From: an uncultured Bacteroidota bacterium
GTDB taxonomy: Bacteria > Bacteroidota > Bacteroidia > Chitinophagales > Saprospiraceae
Reading direction: 5' to 3'
Assembly: GCA_963746925.1 (NCBI GenBank)
Contig: CAVVDK010000001.1
Coordinates: 39,062 to 103,061 of the forward strand
DNA: 64,000 bases
Translations under genes and position numbers: made by a program
The notes under the pieces: generated by a model
Seen by the model: only the letters and a program-made list of their open reading frames with translations
Told to the model about the DNA's origin: nothing
The model's database searches: none
Shown: positions 11,142 to 22,699 of the stretch, piece by piece
Layout: the number at the start of each line of letters is the position of its first letter
Position numbering within the stretch: position 1 is the stretch's first letter

Positions 11142-11633
11142 ATGGCTCAGGAGAGTCAATTTGACACTCTCGATTTCCGGATTGTCGAGCAGCTTTCGGC
11201 CAATGCCCGCATGCCGTTCTCGCAGCTCGCCGAGGTCCTTGGCGTTTCCAATTCTCTGATCCATCAACGGTTCCGGAAACTCAAAGACAGCGGGTTGTTG
11301 AAAGAGGCAGTCTTTGAGGTGAATCCTGAAGTTCTGGGATATGTGTCGAGTGCTTTTTGTCAGATCGTCCTGGCCCGCGCCCAGGACATCCGGGAAATCA
11401 TCGATCAACTGCGCGACATCCCGGAGATCACCGAATGTGTCAACACCGCCGGGCGCTATGATATCATGATTCGGGTTTATGCCAGGGACAACGGCCACCT
11501 GCGCGATATTCTTTATGATAAAATTCAGACGATCAAAGGCGTAGAAGGCACCAACACTGTAATCGTCTTCGAAACAGCCTTCAGCCACAGTATTGCTATT
11601 CCTCACCTCCCTGAAAACACACAACATGTATGA
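11142..11633 (+). CDS. Lrp/AsnC family transcriptional regulator.
   Basis: 163 aa. N-terminal HTH 'LDFRIVEQLSANARMPFSQLAEVLGVSNSLIHQRFRKL' plus a C-terminal RAM domain. Divergent from the MarC gene. Confidence 0.8.
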   Translation: MAQESQFDTLDFRIVEQLSANARMPFSQLAEVLGVSNSLIHQRFRKLKDSGLLKEAVFEVNPEVLGYVSSAFCQIVLARAQDIREIIDQLRDIPEITECVNTAGRYDIMIRVYARDNGHLRDILYDKIQTIKGVEGTNTVIVFETAFSHSIAIPHLPENTQHV

Positions 11634-11673
11634 ACATCACCCTCCGATGAGACGCGACACGCGCACAAAGCGA

Positions 11674-11700
11674 TTTGACAACTTTTCAAATGTTGTCAAA
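11674..11700. promoter_or_regulatory. Perfect 9-bp inverted repeat TTTGACAAC-N9-GTTGTCAAA directly after the Lrp/AsnC gene and upstream of metG.
   Basis: Read directly from the sequence. It could be an operator site or a stem-loop; no T-tract follows. Confidence 0.35.
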
Positions 11701-11768
11701 TCTGGTCCTATCCCTGATTTGTCGGCTTGCACTCACTATCTTCGCACTCCTTTTAAAACGGTGGTCCC

Positions 11769-13901
11769 ATGATCCTCCCTAAACGTTACCTGGTCACCTC
11801 CGCGTTGCCTTATGCCAATGGTCCTCTCCATATCGGTCATCTTGCCGGCGCCTATATCTCCGCAGACATTTATGTGCGCTTCCTGCGCATCATGGGCAAA
11901 GACGTAGTGTGGGTCTGTGGCTCTGATGAAAATGGCGCGGCGATTACAATCCGTGCCCTGAAAGAAGGACGTACACCACAGGAAGTGGTCGACCAGTATC
12001 ATGTGATGATCAAAAATGCCTTTGAGCGATTGGGCATTTCTTTTGACATCTATCACCGCACTTCGTCGCCGTTGCATCACGAGACATCCCAGGAGTTCTT
12101 CCGGACACTGTACGAGAAAGGTGTCTTTGAAGAGAAATCCACAGATCAGTATTACGATGCGGAAGCAGGGCAGTTCCTGGCCGACAGGTATATCAAAGGC
12201 ACGTGTCCGAAATGCGGCTATCCGGAAGCCTACGGCGACCAATGTGAAAACTGCGGCAGCTCGCTGAGTCCTACGGACCTGATCGATCCTGTCTCTGCAC
12301 TTACCGGTTCGAAGCCCATTCTCAGGCAAACGACACATTGGTACTTACCGCTCAATAAAGATGAGGCATGGCTCCGGGAATGGATCGAAAAGGGGATCCT
12401 CGATGGCAAGCAGGTCCACGACCCGGCGGACTGGAAAGCACATGTGCTCGGGCAGTGCAAGTCGTGGCTGGACGGGGGGCTCCAACCCCGGGCGATCACG
12501 CGCGACCTGAACTGGGGTGTAGACGTGCCGCATGAGATCCCGGGATCTAAAGGCAAGAAGTTGTACGTCTGGATGGACGCACCCATCGGTTACATTTCCG
12601 CAACACGGCAATGGGCGCTGAACACAGGGAAAGCATGGGAACCCTACTGGCAGGATGAAGAAACAGCGCTGATCCATTTTATCGGCAAGGACAATATTGT
12701 CTTTCACTGCCTGATATTTCCAGCCATTCTCAAGGACCATGGCGGCTATATCCTGCCCGCGAATGTCCCGGCCAACCAGTTTATGAATCTCGAAGGTGAT
12801 AAGATCTCCACCTCACGCAACTGGGCTGTCTGGGCGCATGAATACCTCGAAGATTTTCCGGGACGTGAAGATGCGCTCCGCTATTATCTGACGAAGAACA
12901 TGCCCGAACAACGGGACAGTGAATTTACCTGGAAGGGATTCCAGGAGGCCAACGACAATGAACTTGTCAATAACCTCGGCAATTTTATTCAGCGTGTCTT
13001 CGTGCTCACACAGAATTACTATGATGGCAAGGTTCCGGACTTCGATCCTGATTGTTCCCTGAACAGTGCCTCGGGCAGCGACCTGCCCTCGTGGCATGAT
13101 TCGGAGTTGCTCGATCTCCATGATCACCTTGATGCGATCACGCAGGAGATTCTCTCTTTCGACTTTCGCGCCGCTCTGAATAGTCTCATGAGCATTTCTT
13201 CGTCGGGAAATCAGTTATTGCAATTCAACGAACCATGGACTCTGCAGAAAGAAGACCCCGAAACCGTGAAAGTCGTAATGAATCTCGGCCTGCAATATGT
13301 GGCTGCGCTGAGCCTCGCGCTCTTTCCCTTCCTTCCATTTACATCAAAAAAACTGCGCGCCATGCTCAACATGGAACCGGTACAGGGAAATGGTGAATGG
13401 GAGACGATGATGATGCACCTTGCAGAAAACGAAGTCCTGCTTCCTGCAGGTCATCAGATCAATGCACCCGAACATTTGTTTACGCGTCTGGACCCGGAAG
13501 CCATCGATGCACAAATAGCCAAACTAAAAAGGACTGCAATTACAGACGAAGCCAAAGAGGGTAATACGCTCAAGCCAATGATTCAGTACGATGATTTTGC
13601 GAAGCTTGATATTCGTACTGCAACGATTGTCGCTGCAGAGCGCGTGGAAAAAGCAGACAAGCTCCTCAAGTTGGAACTCGACCTTGGGTTTGAGAAGCGC
13701 ACCGTTGTCTCAGGGATCGCAATGCAATATGATCCGCTGAAGATCGTCGGTCGTTCGGTTGTCTTGCTGGCTAACCTGGCCCCACGGAAGATCCGTGGAG
13801 TAGAATCAAAGGGGATGATCCTGATGGCTGAGAATAGTGACGGAGAGCTCTGCTTTGTCGCGCCCGAGGCCGAATGGGAGAATGGTGCCGCGATCAATTA
13901 G
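11769..13901 (+). CDS. metG: Methionine--tRNA ligase with C-terminal tRNA-binding (EMAP-like) domain.
   Basis: 710 aa. 'PYANGPLHIGH' (HIGH motif), 'KISTSRN' (KMSKS-like), and a C-terminal 'LDIRTATIVAAERVEKADKLLKLELDLG' tRNA-binding domain. Confidence 0.9.
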   Translation: MILPKRYLVTSALPYANGPLHIGHLAGAYISADIYVRFLRIMGKDVVWVCGSDENGAAITIRALKEGRTPQEVVDQYHVMIKNAFERLGISFDIYHRTSSPLHHETSQEFFRTLYEKGVFEEKSTDQYYDAEAGQFLADRYIKGTCPKCGYPEAYGDQCENCGSSLSPTDLIDPVSALTGSKPILRQTTHWYLPLNKDEAWLREWIEKGILDGKQVHDPADWKAHVLGQCKSWLDGGLQPRAITRDLNWGVDVPHEIPGSKGKKLYVWMDAPIGYISATRQWALNTGKAWEPYWQDEETALIHFIGKDNIVFHCLIFPAILKDHGGYILPANVPANQFMNLEGDKISTSRNWAVWAHEYLEDFPGREDALRYYLTKNMPEQRDSEFTWKGFQEANDNELVNNLGNFIQRVFVLTQNYYDGKVPDFDPDCSLNSASGSDLPSWHDSELLDLHDHLDAITQEILSFDFRAALNSLMSISSSGNQLLQFNEPWTLQKEDPETVKVVMNLGLQYVAALSLALFPFLPFTSKKLRAMLNMEPVQGNGEWETMMMHLAENEVLLPAGHQINAPEHLFTRLDPEAIDAQIAKLKRTAITDEAKEGNTLKPMIQYDDFAKLDIRTATIVAAERVEKADKLLKLELDLGFEKRTVVSGIAMQYDPLKIVGRSVVLLANLAPRKIRGVESKGMILMAENSDGELCFVAPEAEWENGAAIN

Positions 13902-14128
13902 ATGTTGATTATTGTTTGGCTCGGGAACAGGAATTGAGACGGATGCGGGCGGATAGACTCGGGTAATAGTACTGCATAGATATGTCATATGTTGTTGTTC
14001 AACAGCATTTTACATATACATCTGGAGTAGAATTTCGTCGAAATTAGACGGCTTCCACCCAGCTTGGTCTATTGATGCCAAATTTCCAGGCCAATCAAAT
14101 CCGAACGGTCTTTTCCAAGTCACCTGGC

Positions 14129-14476
14129 TTACTTCTCATACACGGCCTGACACCCGGTGAGGCTGGATTTCGTCGTCACTTTGCCATCGCGCAGTGTCCA
14201 GGTTGTCGTGGTACCGGCATAATCATATTGAAGGACGCATCCTGTCACCTTCATGCCGGGAAGTGAGTTGATAATAACTTCGTCAGTGGCGAAAGGAGAT
14301 TGTGTGATCGACATTGTGGGGTCTGTCTTCTGTTCCCAATTGTCACAATTCCCGCCATCCGTTCTTGTGTATTGACCCACCCAGTCTGCAACTTCGCATC
14401 CGCCCTTGTCTTTGGTACACCCTGCCAGCGCTGTTACCACCAGCACGGCGATCAACCCGAAATACCTGTGTTTCAT
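14129..14476 (-). CDS. Small lipoprotein, unknown function.
   Basis: 115 aa with a lipobox (LAGC) after the signal peptide. Confidence 0.35.
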   Translation of the reverse strand: MKHRYFGLIAVLVVTALAGCTKDKGGCEVADWVGQYTRTDGGNCDNWEQKTDPTMSITQSPFATDEVIINSLPGMKVTGCVLQYDYAGTTTTWTLRDGKVTTKSSLTGCQAVYEK

Positions 14477-14641
14477 ATCATTTGATGTTTAAAAGTTGAA
14501 CGATATCTCTACCCGACAAATAACGGGATGAAACAGACACACAGTGCGAAATGAAGGTAGACAACAGGTAGACAGGGGTATTTTTCGTTGAATTATGCTC
14601 AGTCGGGCGGCATCTGAAGGTCCAAAGACCGATAAAACGGT

Positions 14642-16459
14642 TCAGGATTCCGGCATATCTCCTTTCCCAGGCACAAACGACCTTGTCACCGTCAGCGCCA
14701 ACATCAATACCGCCATGAATACGGCGACACGGGCGATGATATCTCCCCAGCGCGTATAAAACGTCAACGATTCTGCTGGGGCCAGCATCGCGCGGATCGC
14801 TGTAGTCTCCCCATATTTCGTAGGCTGCAGGATATCGCCGCGTGCGTTGACAAAACAAGAGGTCCCGGTATTCGCGGACCGGGCGATGGGCACCCGGTGC
14901 TCTATCGCTCTCAGTGCTCCGAACAACAAATGTTGCACATGCCCGGGCGTCTTGTCCCACCAACCATCATTCGTCATGATAAAAATCATGTCGGCCCCAT
15001 TGCGGATGTACCCGCCGACATAGTCACCATAGACCGATTCATAACAGATCACAGGCGCGACATTGCCGCAGGAAGTATGAAAGACGGTACGTGTAGGTTG
15101 CGTTGTGAGTCCTTCAATACTCCCCTGCAGCATATCCACGATAGGCTTCAAAAAAGGCAGATAATCTTTGTACGGAAAGCTCTCTGCGCCAGGTACAAGC
15201 TTTGATTTGAAATAGACGGGGATCGAGTCACGTTGATCCACCTGGATGGCAGAATTTTGCACATCAATGTACACTGCAGTGCCGTCGCGGTTGTGCATCT
15301 CCCTGATCGACGGCAGGTTGATATGGTCTTTGAACACGCGATATGACTCCAGGCCTGTCACAATGTGCAGATTCGGATAATCTCGAATGATCTGGCGCAA
15401 CGCCTGGATGTGGTAATCATCCTCGATATCATTGAGCCGGACAAAGCCAAAACTTGTCTCGGGATATACGAGGTAGCAGGTCGAATCTGTCAGAATATCT
15501 CTCGAAAGCTTCAGGAATCGCGCCAGTTGCTCGTGTTGCGGGACAATAAATTTTTCGTAATGCGGCTCAAAGTTAGGCTGCACCACCGCAACCTCCACTG
15601 TTCCTTTCTGCAATGGATACGTGGCATACCTCCAGACACTCCAACCCAGCGGTACGCCAATCCATACCAGGATCCAGACAAGTTGACCAACAGGGTGCGG
15701 CCTGGTTTGATACCATTTGTAGATCCAGAAATTCGCCAGCAGAATCCAAAGCGAACCACCAAAGACACCTGTCACCTCATACCACTGTATCCAGGTCGGA
15801 TATTGCGCCAGGCTATTCCCGAAGGTGAGCCATGGCCAGGAGATCTCCCAATGGATGTGCACATATTCGAAGGCAATCCAGAATGCCGCCAGGACAAATG
15901 GATGCAGCTTTGGTTGCAAGACGGAACGTGCCTGGTGGAAGAGGACAAATACGGTCGCCATGAGCAGGGTATTCGCAAGATTGGCGACAATCCCCGGTAG
16001 AAAAGATGTGTTGATGACCCACCACGTCGTACAGATATTCCAGATCAAAAATGCATTAAAGGCGTGGGTAAACATTTTCCGGCGCGCCGCCCCGCCGAAT
16101 TGCTCGCGCAATGATTCCTCGACCATCAGCAGCGGCACCAGGCCGACGAACATCAGCGGCGTCAATGGCGAAGGAGGAAATCCCAGGCTAAGCAGCACAC
16201 CGGACAGCGAAGAGAGGAGCCATCTTCTCCGGCGTACGGGATCATGCCATGATAGGCCAATGCATCCTGAGAGGATCACGCCCCAGGCGCCGGTCATCAT
16301 TCCGAACGGCCGCCACCCCCAGAGCAGTTCCAGGTGCAGACGATGGACCATTGACCACCCCATCCACGCCACGAGCCCTGCCATTGCAACCGGAATCATA
16401 CGCCACAGTGACTTCATAACGATATGCGCTCGTTTGAGACGTGAAGAAGAAAAGATCAA
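14642..16459 (-). CDS. lnt: Apolipoprotein N-acyltransferase.
   Basis: N-terminal multi-TM domain plus a C-terminal carbon-nitrogen hydrolase domain. Likely true start near 16417 (MKSLWRM). Confidence 0.75.
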   Translation of the reverse strand: MIFSSSRLKRAHIVMKSLWRMIPVAMAGLVAWMGWSMVHRLHLELLWGWRPFGMMTGAWGVILSGCIGLSWHDPVRRRRWLLSSLSGVLLSLGFPPSPLTPLMFVGLVPLLMVEESLREQFGGAARRKMFTHAFNAFLIWNICTTWWVINTSFLPGIVANLANTLLMATVFVLFHQARSVLQPKLHPFVLAAFWIAFEYVHIHWEISWPWLTFGNSLAQYPTWIQWYEVTGVFGGSLWILLANFWIYKWYQTRPHPVGQLVWILVWIGVPLGWSVWRYATYPLQKGTVEVAVVQPNFEPHYEKFIVPQHEQLARFLKLSRDILTDSTCYLVYPETSFGFVRLNDIEDDYHIQALRQIIRDYPNLHIVTGLESYRVFKDHINLPSIREMHNRDGTAVYIDVQNSAIQVDQRDSIPVYFKSKLVPGAESFPYKDYLPFLKPIVDMLQGSIEGLTTQPTRTVFHTSCGNVAPVICYESVYGDYVGGYIRNGADMIFIMTNDGWWDKTPGHVQHLLFGALRAIEHRVPIARSANTGTSCFVNARGDILQPTKYGETTAIRAMLAPAESLTFYTRWGDIIARVAVFMAVLMLALTVTRSFVPGKGDMPES

Positions 16460-16475
16460 CGAATATCCGGCAGTA

Positions 16476-17858
16476 TTATACCATGTCCTGTGCCCTCACC
16501 CAGGAATCAAATTGTTTTGCCGTGACATATCCAAGCGTCACTGCCGCCTCCTTGAGTGTGGTGTTCTCTGCATATGCTTTTTTGGCGATTTCTGCCGCTT
16601 TATCGTAGCCGATTTTCGTATTGAGCGCCGTGACAAGCATAAGGGAGTTGTCCAGATTCTGCTTGATCCGGGAGAGGTTTGGTTCCAGCCCTTGCACGCA
16701 GTGGTCGTCAAAACTGGTGCAGGCGTCGGAGATGAGCTTTGCGGATTCCAGGAAATTGTAAATAATCACTGGCTTGAAGACATTCAGTTGCAACTGGCCA
16801 TAGCTTCCGGCGATGGCAATCGTGACGTCATTGCCCATGACTTCTGTCATCGCCATTGTCAGGGCTTCGCATTGCGTCGGGTTCACTTTCCCCGGCATAA
16901 TGGAAGACCCCGGTTCATTTGAGGGGATGATGATTTCGCCGATCCCGCTGCGTGGTCCTGAAGCGAGGAGCCGGATATCGTTGCCGATCTTCATGAGGGA
17001 CACTGCTACTGTTTTCAATGCGCCATGCGCTTCTACGATGGCATCGTGGGCAGCGAGTGCTTCGAATTTATTGGGAGCGCTCTTAAATGGATAACCTGTG
17101 AGCTCGGAAATCTTTTGTGCGACAAGCTTTGTGTACCCCTGTGGCGTATTCAATCCCGTCCCAACCGCCGTGCCACCCAGCGCCAGTTCTGACAAATGTT
17201 TGAGGCTGTTCTGGATCGTTGCAAGGCCGTGATCGAGCTGTGAGACAAAACCTGACAGCTCTTGTCCTAATGTCAGCGGCGTTGCATCCATCAGATGCGT
17301 GCGACCGATCTTGACAACAGATTTGAATTTTTTTGCCTTCTCGTGCAGCGTATCCCTGAGCCGGGTAAGCGCAGGAATTGTTTGTTCCACAATTGTTGAA
17401 TATGCCGCGATATTCATCGCCGTGGGAAATGTGTCATTCGAGGACTGCGACTTGTTGACATCGTCGTTTGGGTGGAGGATCTTCTTCGGATCTGTCAGTT
17501 TCCCGCCCTTCATTTCGTGAGCGCGGTTTGCGATCACTTCGTTGACGTTCATATTGGATTGCGTCCCCGAGCCTGTCTGCCATACGACCAGGGGAAACTG
17601 ATCGTCGAGCTTGCCCTTCAGGATCTCGTTGCAGACCCTGCTGATGAGGTCGGCTTTAAAGCGCGGCAGGACACCGAGTTCGGTGTTGGCCTGTGCTGCT
17701 CCTTTCTTTAGTATGGCAAAGGCGTAAATGACTTCCTTCGGGATCCGATGCCCCCCAATCTTGAAGTTTTCCACGGAGCGCTGCGTCTGAGCGCCCCAAT
17801 ATTTGTCTGCGGGAACGCGTACGTCGCCCATACTGTCTTTTTCAATACGAAAACTCAT
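16476..17858 (-). CDS. fumC: Class II fumarate hydratase.
   Basis: '[16 protein letters not shown]' signature. Start set at [11 protein letters not shown]; the ORF track's upstream Met adds an unlikely 34 aa. Confidence 0.9.
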   Translation of the reverse strand: MSFRIEKDSMGDVRVPADKYWGAQTQRSVENFKIGGHRIPKEVIYAFAILKKGAAQANTELGVLPRFKADLISRVCNEILKGKLDDQFPLVVWQTGSGTQSNMNVNEVIANRAHEMKGGKLTDPKKILHPNDDVNKSQSSNDTFPTAMNIAAYSTIVEQTIPALTRLRDTLHEKAKKFKSVVKIGRTHLMDATPLTLGQELSGFVSQLDHGLATIQNSLKHLSELALGGTAVGTGLNTPQGYTKLVAQKISELTGYPFKSAPNKFEALAAHDAIVEAHGALKTVAVSLMKIGNDIRLLASGPRSGIGEIIIPSNEPGSSIMPGKVNPTQCEALTMAMTEVMGNDVTIAIAGSYGQLQLNVFKPVIIYNFLESAKLISDACTSFDDHCVQGLEPNLSRIKQNLDNSLMLVTALNTKIGYDKAAEIAKKAYAENTTLKEAAVTLGYVTAKQFDSWVRAQDMV

Positions 17859-18034
17859 GCGGCCGGATGGAATTTTTTTAAAGGTACAAAGGTAGTACTC
17901 GAGTTGCAGCGGCCAAAATCCCGGCAGATATGGCTGATGGCGGAGCCCTGCAATGCACACAAAATCCAGAATAAATTATAGTCTTTTTTAATTCGTAAAC
18001 TTGTGATTTTAATTGCGTTATCAGAAAATAAGCA

Positions 18035-18949
18035 ATGGACTGGGCCTCTGCCATCAACGGGTTTAAAGCATATCTCCGACTGGAACGGTCGCTGTCTGTG
18101 CATTCCGTGGATGCATACCTGCGCGATGTCGGGAACCTGCGTGACTATTGTTTCGAACATATGGCAGAAACCGGGCCGCTGGAAGTCACCATGAAGACGA
18201 TTGAAGGATTCCTGGCGTGGCTCAATTCAATGCATTTGAGCGCACGCACGCAATCGCGGATGCTCTCCGGGCTGAGGGCATTCTATAAATACCTGCTCGT
18301 CGAAGACTGCATAGACCACGATCCGCTCGAACTGATAGAAGGGCCGCGACTCGACCACAAGCTTCCCGATGTCCTCAGCGTTGATGAAATCGAGCGCATC
18401 CTTCAGGCCATCGACCTCAGCCATCCCCAGGGTACCCGCAACAGGGCAATGATCGAGACACTATACGCCTGCGGACTCCGTGTCAGTGAACTGGTACATC
18501 TGAAAATTTCAAACATATATCCGGACATCGGATTGATCAAGGTACTGGGTAAAAACAATAAAGAACGTCTCGTCCCGATTGGAACTCATGCCCTGAAATA
18601 TATTGACCTCTACCTGCGTGGTGACCGCGCCGGAATGTTGAACATCAATAAAGGATATGAAGACCACTTATTTCTCAACCGCAGAGGCAAAGCGCTTACA
18701 CGTGTCATGGTATTTCAGATTGTCAAGGATCTGGCACGCCGTGCCGGGATCAATAAAGATATCAGTCCCCATACCTTTCGTCACTCTTTTGCCACACATC
18801 TTGTCGAGGGTGGCGCCGATTTACGTGCGGTACAGGAGATGCTCGGCCACAGCTCCATCGTGACAACAGAGATCTACACACACCTCAATACGGATTATCT
18901 CAAGGAGACTGTCTTGCGCTATCATCCGATGCACAGGGCGTCGGACTGA
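18035..18949 (+). CDS. xerD: Site-specific tyrosine recombinase XerD/XerC type.
   Basis: 304 aa. N-terminal SAM-like domain, catalytic residues 'R..HTFRHSFATHL..GADLRAVQEMLGHSSI..TEIYTH'. Confidence 0.8.
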   Translation: MDWASAINGFKAYLRLERSLSVHSVDAYLRDVGNLRDYCFEHMAETGPLEVTMKTIEGFLAWLNSMHLSARTQSRMLSGLRAFYKYLLVEDCIDHDPLELIEGPRLDHKLPDVLSVDEIERILQAIDLSHPQGTRNRAMIETLYACGLRVSELVHLKISNIYPDIGLIKVLGKNNKERLVPIGTHALKYIDLYLRGDRAGMLNINKGYEDHLFLNRRGKALTRVMVFQIVKDLARRAGINKDISPHTFRHSFATHLVEGGADLRAVQEMLGHSSIVTTEIYTHLNTDYLKETVLRYHPMHRASD

Positions 18950-19002
18950 TGTGAAGCGCCGTGCATACCCTCTGAACCCCCACCCATTTCCATCCGCTAT
19001 CT

Positions 19003-20649
19003 TTGGCGGCCGATATCTCAAGCATGTCTCCCACTCTGCAAAAGGCTGTCCTCTTTGATCCGGCAATATCTGCGGGTATCGTGGCGCTCTGCATCATTGC
19101 TGTGTCGTGTGCGAACCCCATTCCGCCGTCGGGTGGTCCCAAGGACACAACATCTCCGAAACTCATCGAAGCAGAAAGCACCCCAAATTTTCTGACACAG
19201 TTTGACAGAGAGGAAATTGTGTTGACTTTTGATGAGTGGATACAACTGAAAGACCCAAACCAGCAGATCGTGATCTCTCCTCCGTTGCCCCACCAGCCTA
19301 ATATTGCGTTGCACGGAAAGGCTGTTCGGATCCGGTTTCATTCAGGAGACACGCTGCGGCCCCAGACCACGTATACGATTAATTTCGGATCCTCTATTGC
19401 AGATCTCAATGAAGGGAATGTGCTCGATCAATATAAATACGTGTTCTCTACGGGCACTTTTATTGATTCCCTCGCACTCGATGGAACCGTCACCAATGCA
19501 CTCACAGGAGAGCCTGCCAAAGGCGTGCTGATCCTACTCAACGATAATCTTTCTGACACAGCTTTTAAGACATTGCTGCCATCGTATTTCACCAAATCCG
19601 ACACGGCCGGAAAATGGAGGATTGAAAATATCCGCAGCGATACATTTAAGGTGTATGCTTTAGTAGATAAGAATTCAAATTATCGCTTCGACCAGGTCGG
19701 CGAGTCTATTGGATTTCTGGATCAGCCGGTGATCCTGCCGGATTCTTCCGGACGGAAATTCAATATTTCGTTGTTCGACGAAGAAGCGGTGATCTCAGTG
19801 CTCACAGTCGATCAAAGTCCCGGGTTGACAAAAATTGCATTGACCGGTGAGCCAACTGCGTTTTCTCTTGAGCGTATCAGTGATCCTGATGCCAAAGTCT
19901 ATTGGCAACAAACTGAAGACACCGTGTATATCTGGAATCCTTCCCGGGATTCGATGCGATTGGCGGTCAGCGATGATTACAAGCTTTCCGATTCCCTGCT
20001 GATTCCCGGATACAAAGGTCCAAAGCCACCCGTGGATAAATTTCAGTCGGGAGGCAGGACGGTGACTTCCGCCGAACCATTTGCAATCCTTAGCTCAATA
20101 CCCCTGATGGCTGTCAGGAAGGAAAATGTCGTTGCTCTCCTGGATGATTCGATTGCTGTAACCGGCCTGACGATGATGATCGACACCACCGATGACAAGC
20201 GTGTGCTCATCCGCTATCCATGGGAAGAAGCCGGCACCTACTCCGTCACGATCCCCAACGGGGCATTGACAAATATTTTCGGGACGGCCAATGATTCTTT
20301 GCAATTTCGTTTCCAGGTAGCCTCGGCCGGAAAGACCGGGAATATTTACCTCAGTGTAGAGGGCCTTGTAGATACTTTGCACTATGTCGTCCTGTTGATG
20401 CATGGAGAGAACAAAGTAGATCAGGCCCTTGTCAGTGGTAAGACTGAGGTAAAGGTCTCCTTCACCAGGATGCCGCCGCAGACATACCAGGTCAGGGTCG
20501 TAGAGGACGCAAATGCCAATGGTCGCTGGGATACGGGTAATTTTGCACAACGGAAGCAGCCGGAACGCGTTATGAATCAGTCCCTGGAGCCGCTGCGCGC
20601 AGGATGGGACTTAGATGCGACAATCACATGGAAGGAAAAACAAAACTAG
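19003..20649 (+). CDS. Ig-like (SbsA/Big_5-type) domain-containing lipoprotein.
   Basis: 548 aa. Lipobox 'AVSCAN' and Ig-like repeat composition. Start uncertain; an alternative Met lies at 19021. Confidence 0.45.
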   Translation: MAADISSMSPTLQKAVLFDPAISAGIVALCIIAVSCANPIPPSGGPKDTTSPKLIEAESTPNFLTQFDREEIVLTFDEWIQLKDPNQQIVISPPLPHQPNIALHGKAVRIRFHSGDTLRPQTTYTINFGSSIADLNEGNVLDQYKYVFSTGTFIDSLALDGTVTNALTGEPAKGVLILLNDNLSDTAFKTLLPSYFTKSDTAGKWRIENIRSDTFKVYALVDKNSNYRFDQVGESIGFLDQPVILPDSSGRKFNISLFDEEAVISVLTVDQSPGLTKIALTGEPTAFSLERISDPDAKVYWQQTEDTVYIWNPSRDSMRLAVSDDYKLSDSLLIPGYKGPKPPVDKFQSGGRTVTSAEPFAILSSIPLMAVRKENVVALLDDSIAVTGLTMMIDTTDDKRVLIRYPWEEAGTYSVTIPNGALTNIFGTANDSLQFRFQVASAGKTGNIYLSVEGLVDTLHYVVLLMHGENKVDQALVSGKTEVKVSFTRMPPQTYQVRVVEDANANGRWDTGNFAQRKQPERVMNQSLEPLRAGWDLDATITWKEKQN

Positions 20650-21383
20650 TCACCGAAAAACTCTACAAGTACTACGGCCGCAGGAAAGTCGTGGATGATG
20701 TCTCCATTGAAGTGGAGCAAGGAGAGATTGTCGGCTTATTGGGACCGAATGGTGCCGGTAAGACCACCACGTTCTACATGGTCGTCGGATTCATCAAGCC
20801 AAATTCCGGGAAGGTGTTCATGAATCATGAGGAAATCACAGCATTACCTATGTATAAGCGTGCCCGTCGTGGGATCGGTTATTTGCCCCAGGAGCCTTCT
20901 GTCTTTCGCAAGCTGAGTGTTGAGGATAATATCAAGTGCGTGCTCGAGATGACAGACCTTTCACCGGCAGAGCAGAGAGATAAGGCGGAATCGCTCATCA
21001 AGGAGTTTGGCCTGGAGACAGTCCGTAAGAATATCGGTGACAGCCTCAGCGGTGGTGAACGGCGACGTACGGAAATCGCGCGGTCCCTGGCTACCGATCC
21101 GAAGTTTATGCTGCTGGACGAACCCTTTGCCGGGATCGACCCTATTGCTGTGGAAGATATCCAATACATCGTTGCCACGCTGAAGACAAAAAATATTGGT
21201 ATTCTCATTACCGACCACAACGTGCAGGAGACTTTATCGATTACCGACCGTGCCTACCTGATGTTCGAAGGACGCATCCTGCGCTCGGGGACTGCGGAAG
21301 ACCTGGCCAGGGATGAAATTGTCCGGAAAGTATATCTCGGCCAACACTTCGAGCTACGACGCAAGAACCTGACTGCCAGATGA
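20628..21383 (+). CDS. lptB: LPS export ABC transporter ATP-binding protein LptB.
   Basis: Walker A 'GPNGAGKTT', signature 'LSGGERRR', Walker B 'LLLDEP'. Overlaps the end of the upstream gene. Confidence 0.8.
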   Translation: MEGKTKLVTEKLYKYYGRRKVVDDVSIEVEQGEIVGLLGPNGAGKTTTFYMVVGFIKPNSGKVFMNHEEITALPMYKRARRGIGYLPQEPSVFRKLSVEDNIKCVLEMTDLSPAEQRDKAESLIKEFGLETVRKNIGDSLSGGERRRTEIARSLATDPKFMLLDEPFAGIDPIAVEDIQYIVATLKTKNIGILITDHNVQETLSITDRAYLMFEGRILRSGTAEDLARDEIVRKVYLGQHFELRRKNLTAR

Positions 21384-21646
21384 TCCGTGCCTGTCTCTTC
21401 CGTGCCTGTCTCTATTGCATACTTTTCATGATCTGTGCCGCCACCATGAGTTGCGGAAAGCGTCATATGCAACTCGATCATGAGACACGCCGCGCTATCG
21501 ATACACTCGCGGCAAAGGAAATCAATGTGCTGCGCACTGAAATAGACTCGCTGTGTAAATACAGAATGGACTCGCTGGTCCTTGCGATGAGCGACTCTAT
21601 CGTTGCTGTACGCCGGAAAGAAATACAACAGATGATCGGAAAATGA
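21380..21646 (+). CDS. Small hypothetical lipoprotein.
   Basis: 88 aa with a signal peptide and Cys. 4-bp overlap with lptB upstream and with the next ORF. Confidence 0.3.
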   Translation: MIRACLFRACLYCILFMICAATMSCGKRHMQLDHETRRAIDTLAAKEINVLRTEIDSLCKYRMDSLVLAMSDSIVAVRRKEIQQMIGK

Positions 21647-21981
21647 AACAATATTGGATTTCAACGATCGTCGTCCTGCTCTTCTGTTCATGTTTGGACA
21701 TGGACAAGGTCAGCGAGTCTCACCGGCGTGCGATCATTGCTGAGGGCGTAGAGATCCGTGTGTCGGAGTTCCGGAAGAACGCCTGGAACAAATGCCTGGA
21801 GGAAGCGCAGCGCAAGGCTGTGGCACGGGCAGATTCCATTATCCGCGCCATGGCCAGGGAAGAGGCAGTGGAGCCCATCGTCAGGCCACCAAAACCTGAA
21901 CGGCCCGGGAAGCCACCCATAAAATTATTGCCGGATTCAATCAGGGTGGACACGCTGCTGCATCAACGCGGCGATGACTGA
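21643..21981 (+). CDS. Small hypothetical lipoprotein (Pro-rich C-terminus).
   Basis: 112 aa. Signal peptide and lipobox 'LFCSC'. Confidence 0.3.
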   Translation: MKQYWISTIVVLLFCSCLDMDKVSESHRRAIIAEGVEIRVSEFRKNAWNKCLEEAQRKAVARADSIIRAMAREEAVEPIVRPPKPERPGKPPIKLLPDSIRVDTLLHQRGDD

Positions 21982-22006
21982 ACGGGGATGCATACTTGCC
22001 CTTGCA

Positions 22007-22699
22007 TCAATCCGGAAGGAGCATATCCTTGTTGGCCTTCTTCTCGACTTTATTGTAGAATGCATTCAGCTTGTGATCGACTCGGCTAACGTGACGGTAT
22101 GCTCTTCGTGAAGTGCCTTCATCAAACGCAAAGGAAGCCGCCCATAGCGGAAGTGGAGGAGCAAATAACGGAATCGCGATACTTCCGGGCTTGGCGATAT
22201 TATTTGGAAACGGGTATGCGATCATCATATGATTTTTTGTGGTAAACTCAAAAGGTTTGCCTACAGCTCCCTGGAGTGTTGCGAAAAAATAATTTTCGCG
22301 ATACACAGAGTCCAGCATTTCTCCATCACTTTTCCAGGCAGGAATCTCACCGCTCTGAAACCCCCGCGTCTGATACATATAAATAAAGGCGAATTTTGAG
22401 AAGTGATAGAGGCTGTCGAAAGCGACAGGGTAATACTGTTCCATAAACGCCCTCTCGTTCAGCGTCCGCGCTTGCTCCTCAACGAGCGCGTGACGATGTT
22501 TTGCGGTGAGATCGTCAAATGCCAGCAGTGAGTCCAGGACGGCGAGTTTTTTCACGTAATCCGGCAAACGAATGATCAGCCATCCTTCCTTGATCTCCCG
22601 GATAGCCTGTACACCGTCATATTCATGATCTGCTTGTCCCTGCAGACTACACCACAGGATTGCCACACAGATCCCAACCAAGCAACATCTGAATCTCAT
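22007..22699 (-). CDS. Secreted hypothetical protein.
   Basis: Signal peptide at the internal Met (MRFRCCLVGICVAILWCSLQGQ). The longer ORF-track start (22927) lacks a signal peptide. Confidence 0.35.
   Translation of the reverse strand: MRFRCCLVGICVAILWCSLQGQADHEYDGVQAIREIKEGWLIIRLPDYVKKLAVLDSLLAFDDLTAKHRHALVEEQARTLNERAFMEQYYPVAFDSLYHFSKFAFIYMYQTRGFQSGEIPAWKSDGEMLDSVYRENYFFATLQGAVGKPFEFTTKNHMMIAYPFPNNIAKPGSIAIPLFAPPLPLWAASFAFDEGTSRRAYRHVSRVDHKLNAFYNKVEKKANKDMLLPD

Noticed and set aside
11736-12338. 200-aa minus ORF
   Set aside because: Antisense to the 5' part of metG.
15825-16922. 365-aa ORF on the plus strand
   Set aside because: It spans the lnt/fumC junction, antisense to both well-supported genes, and has no motifs.
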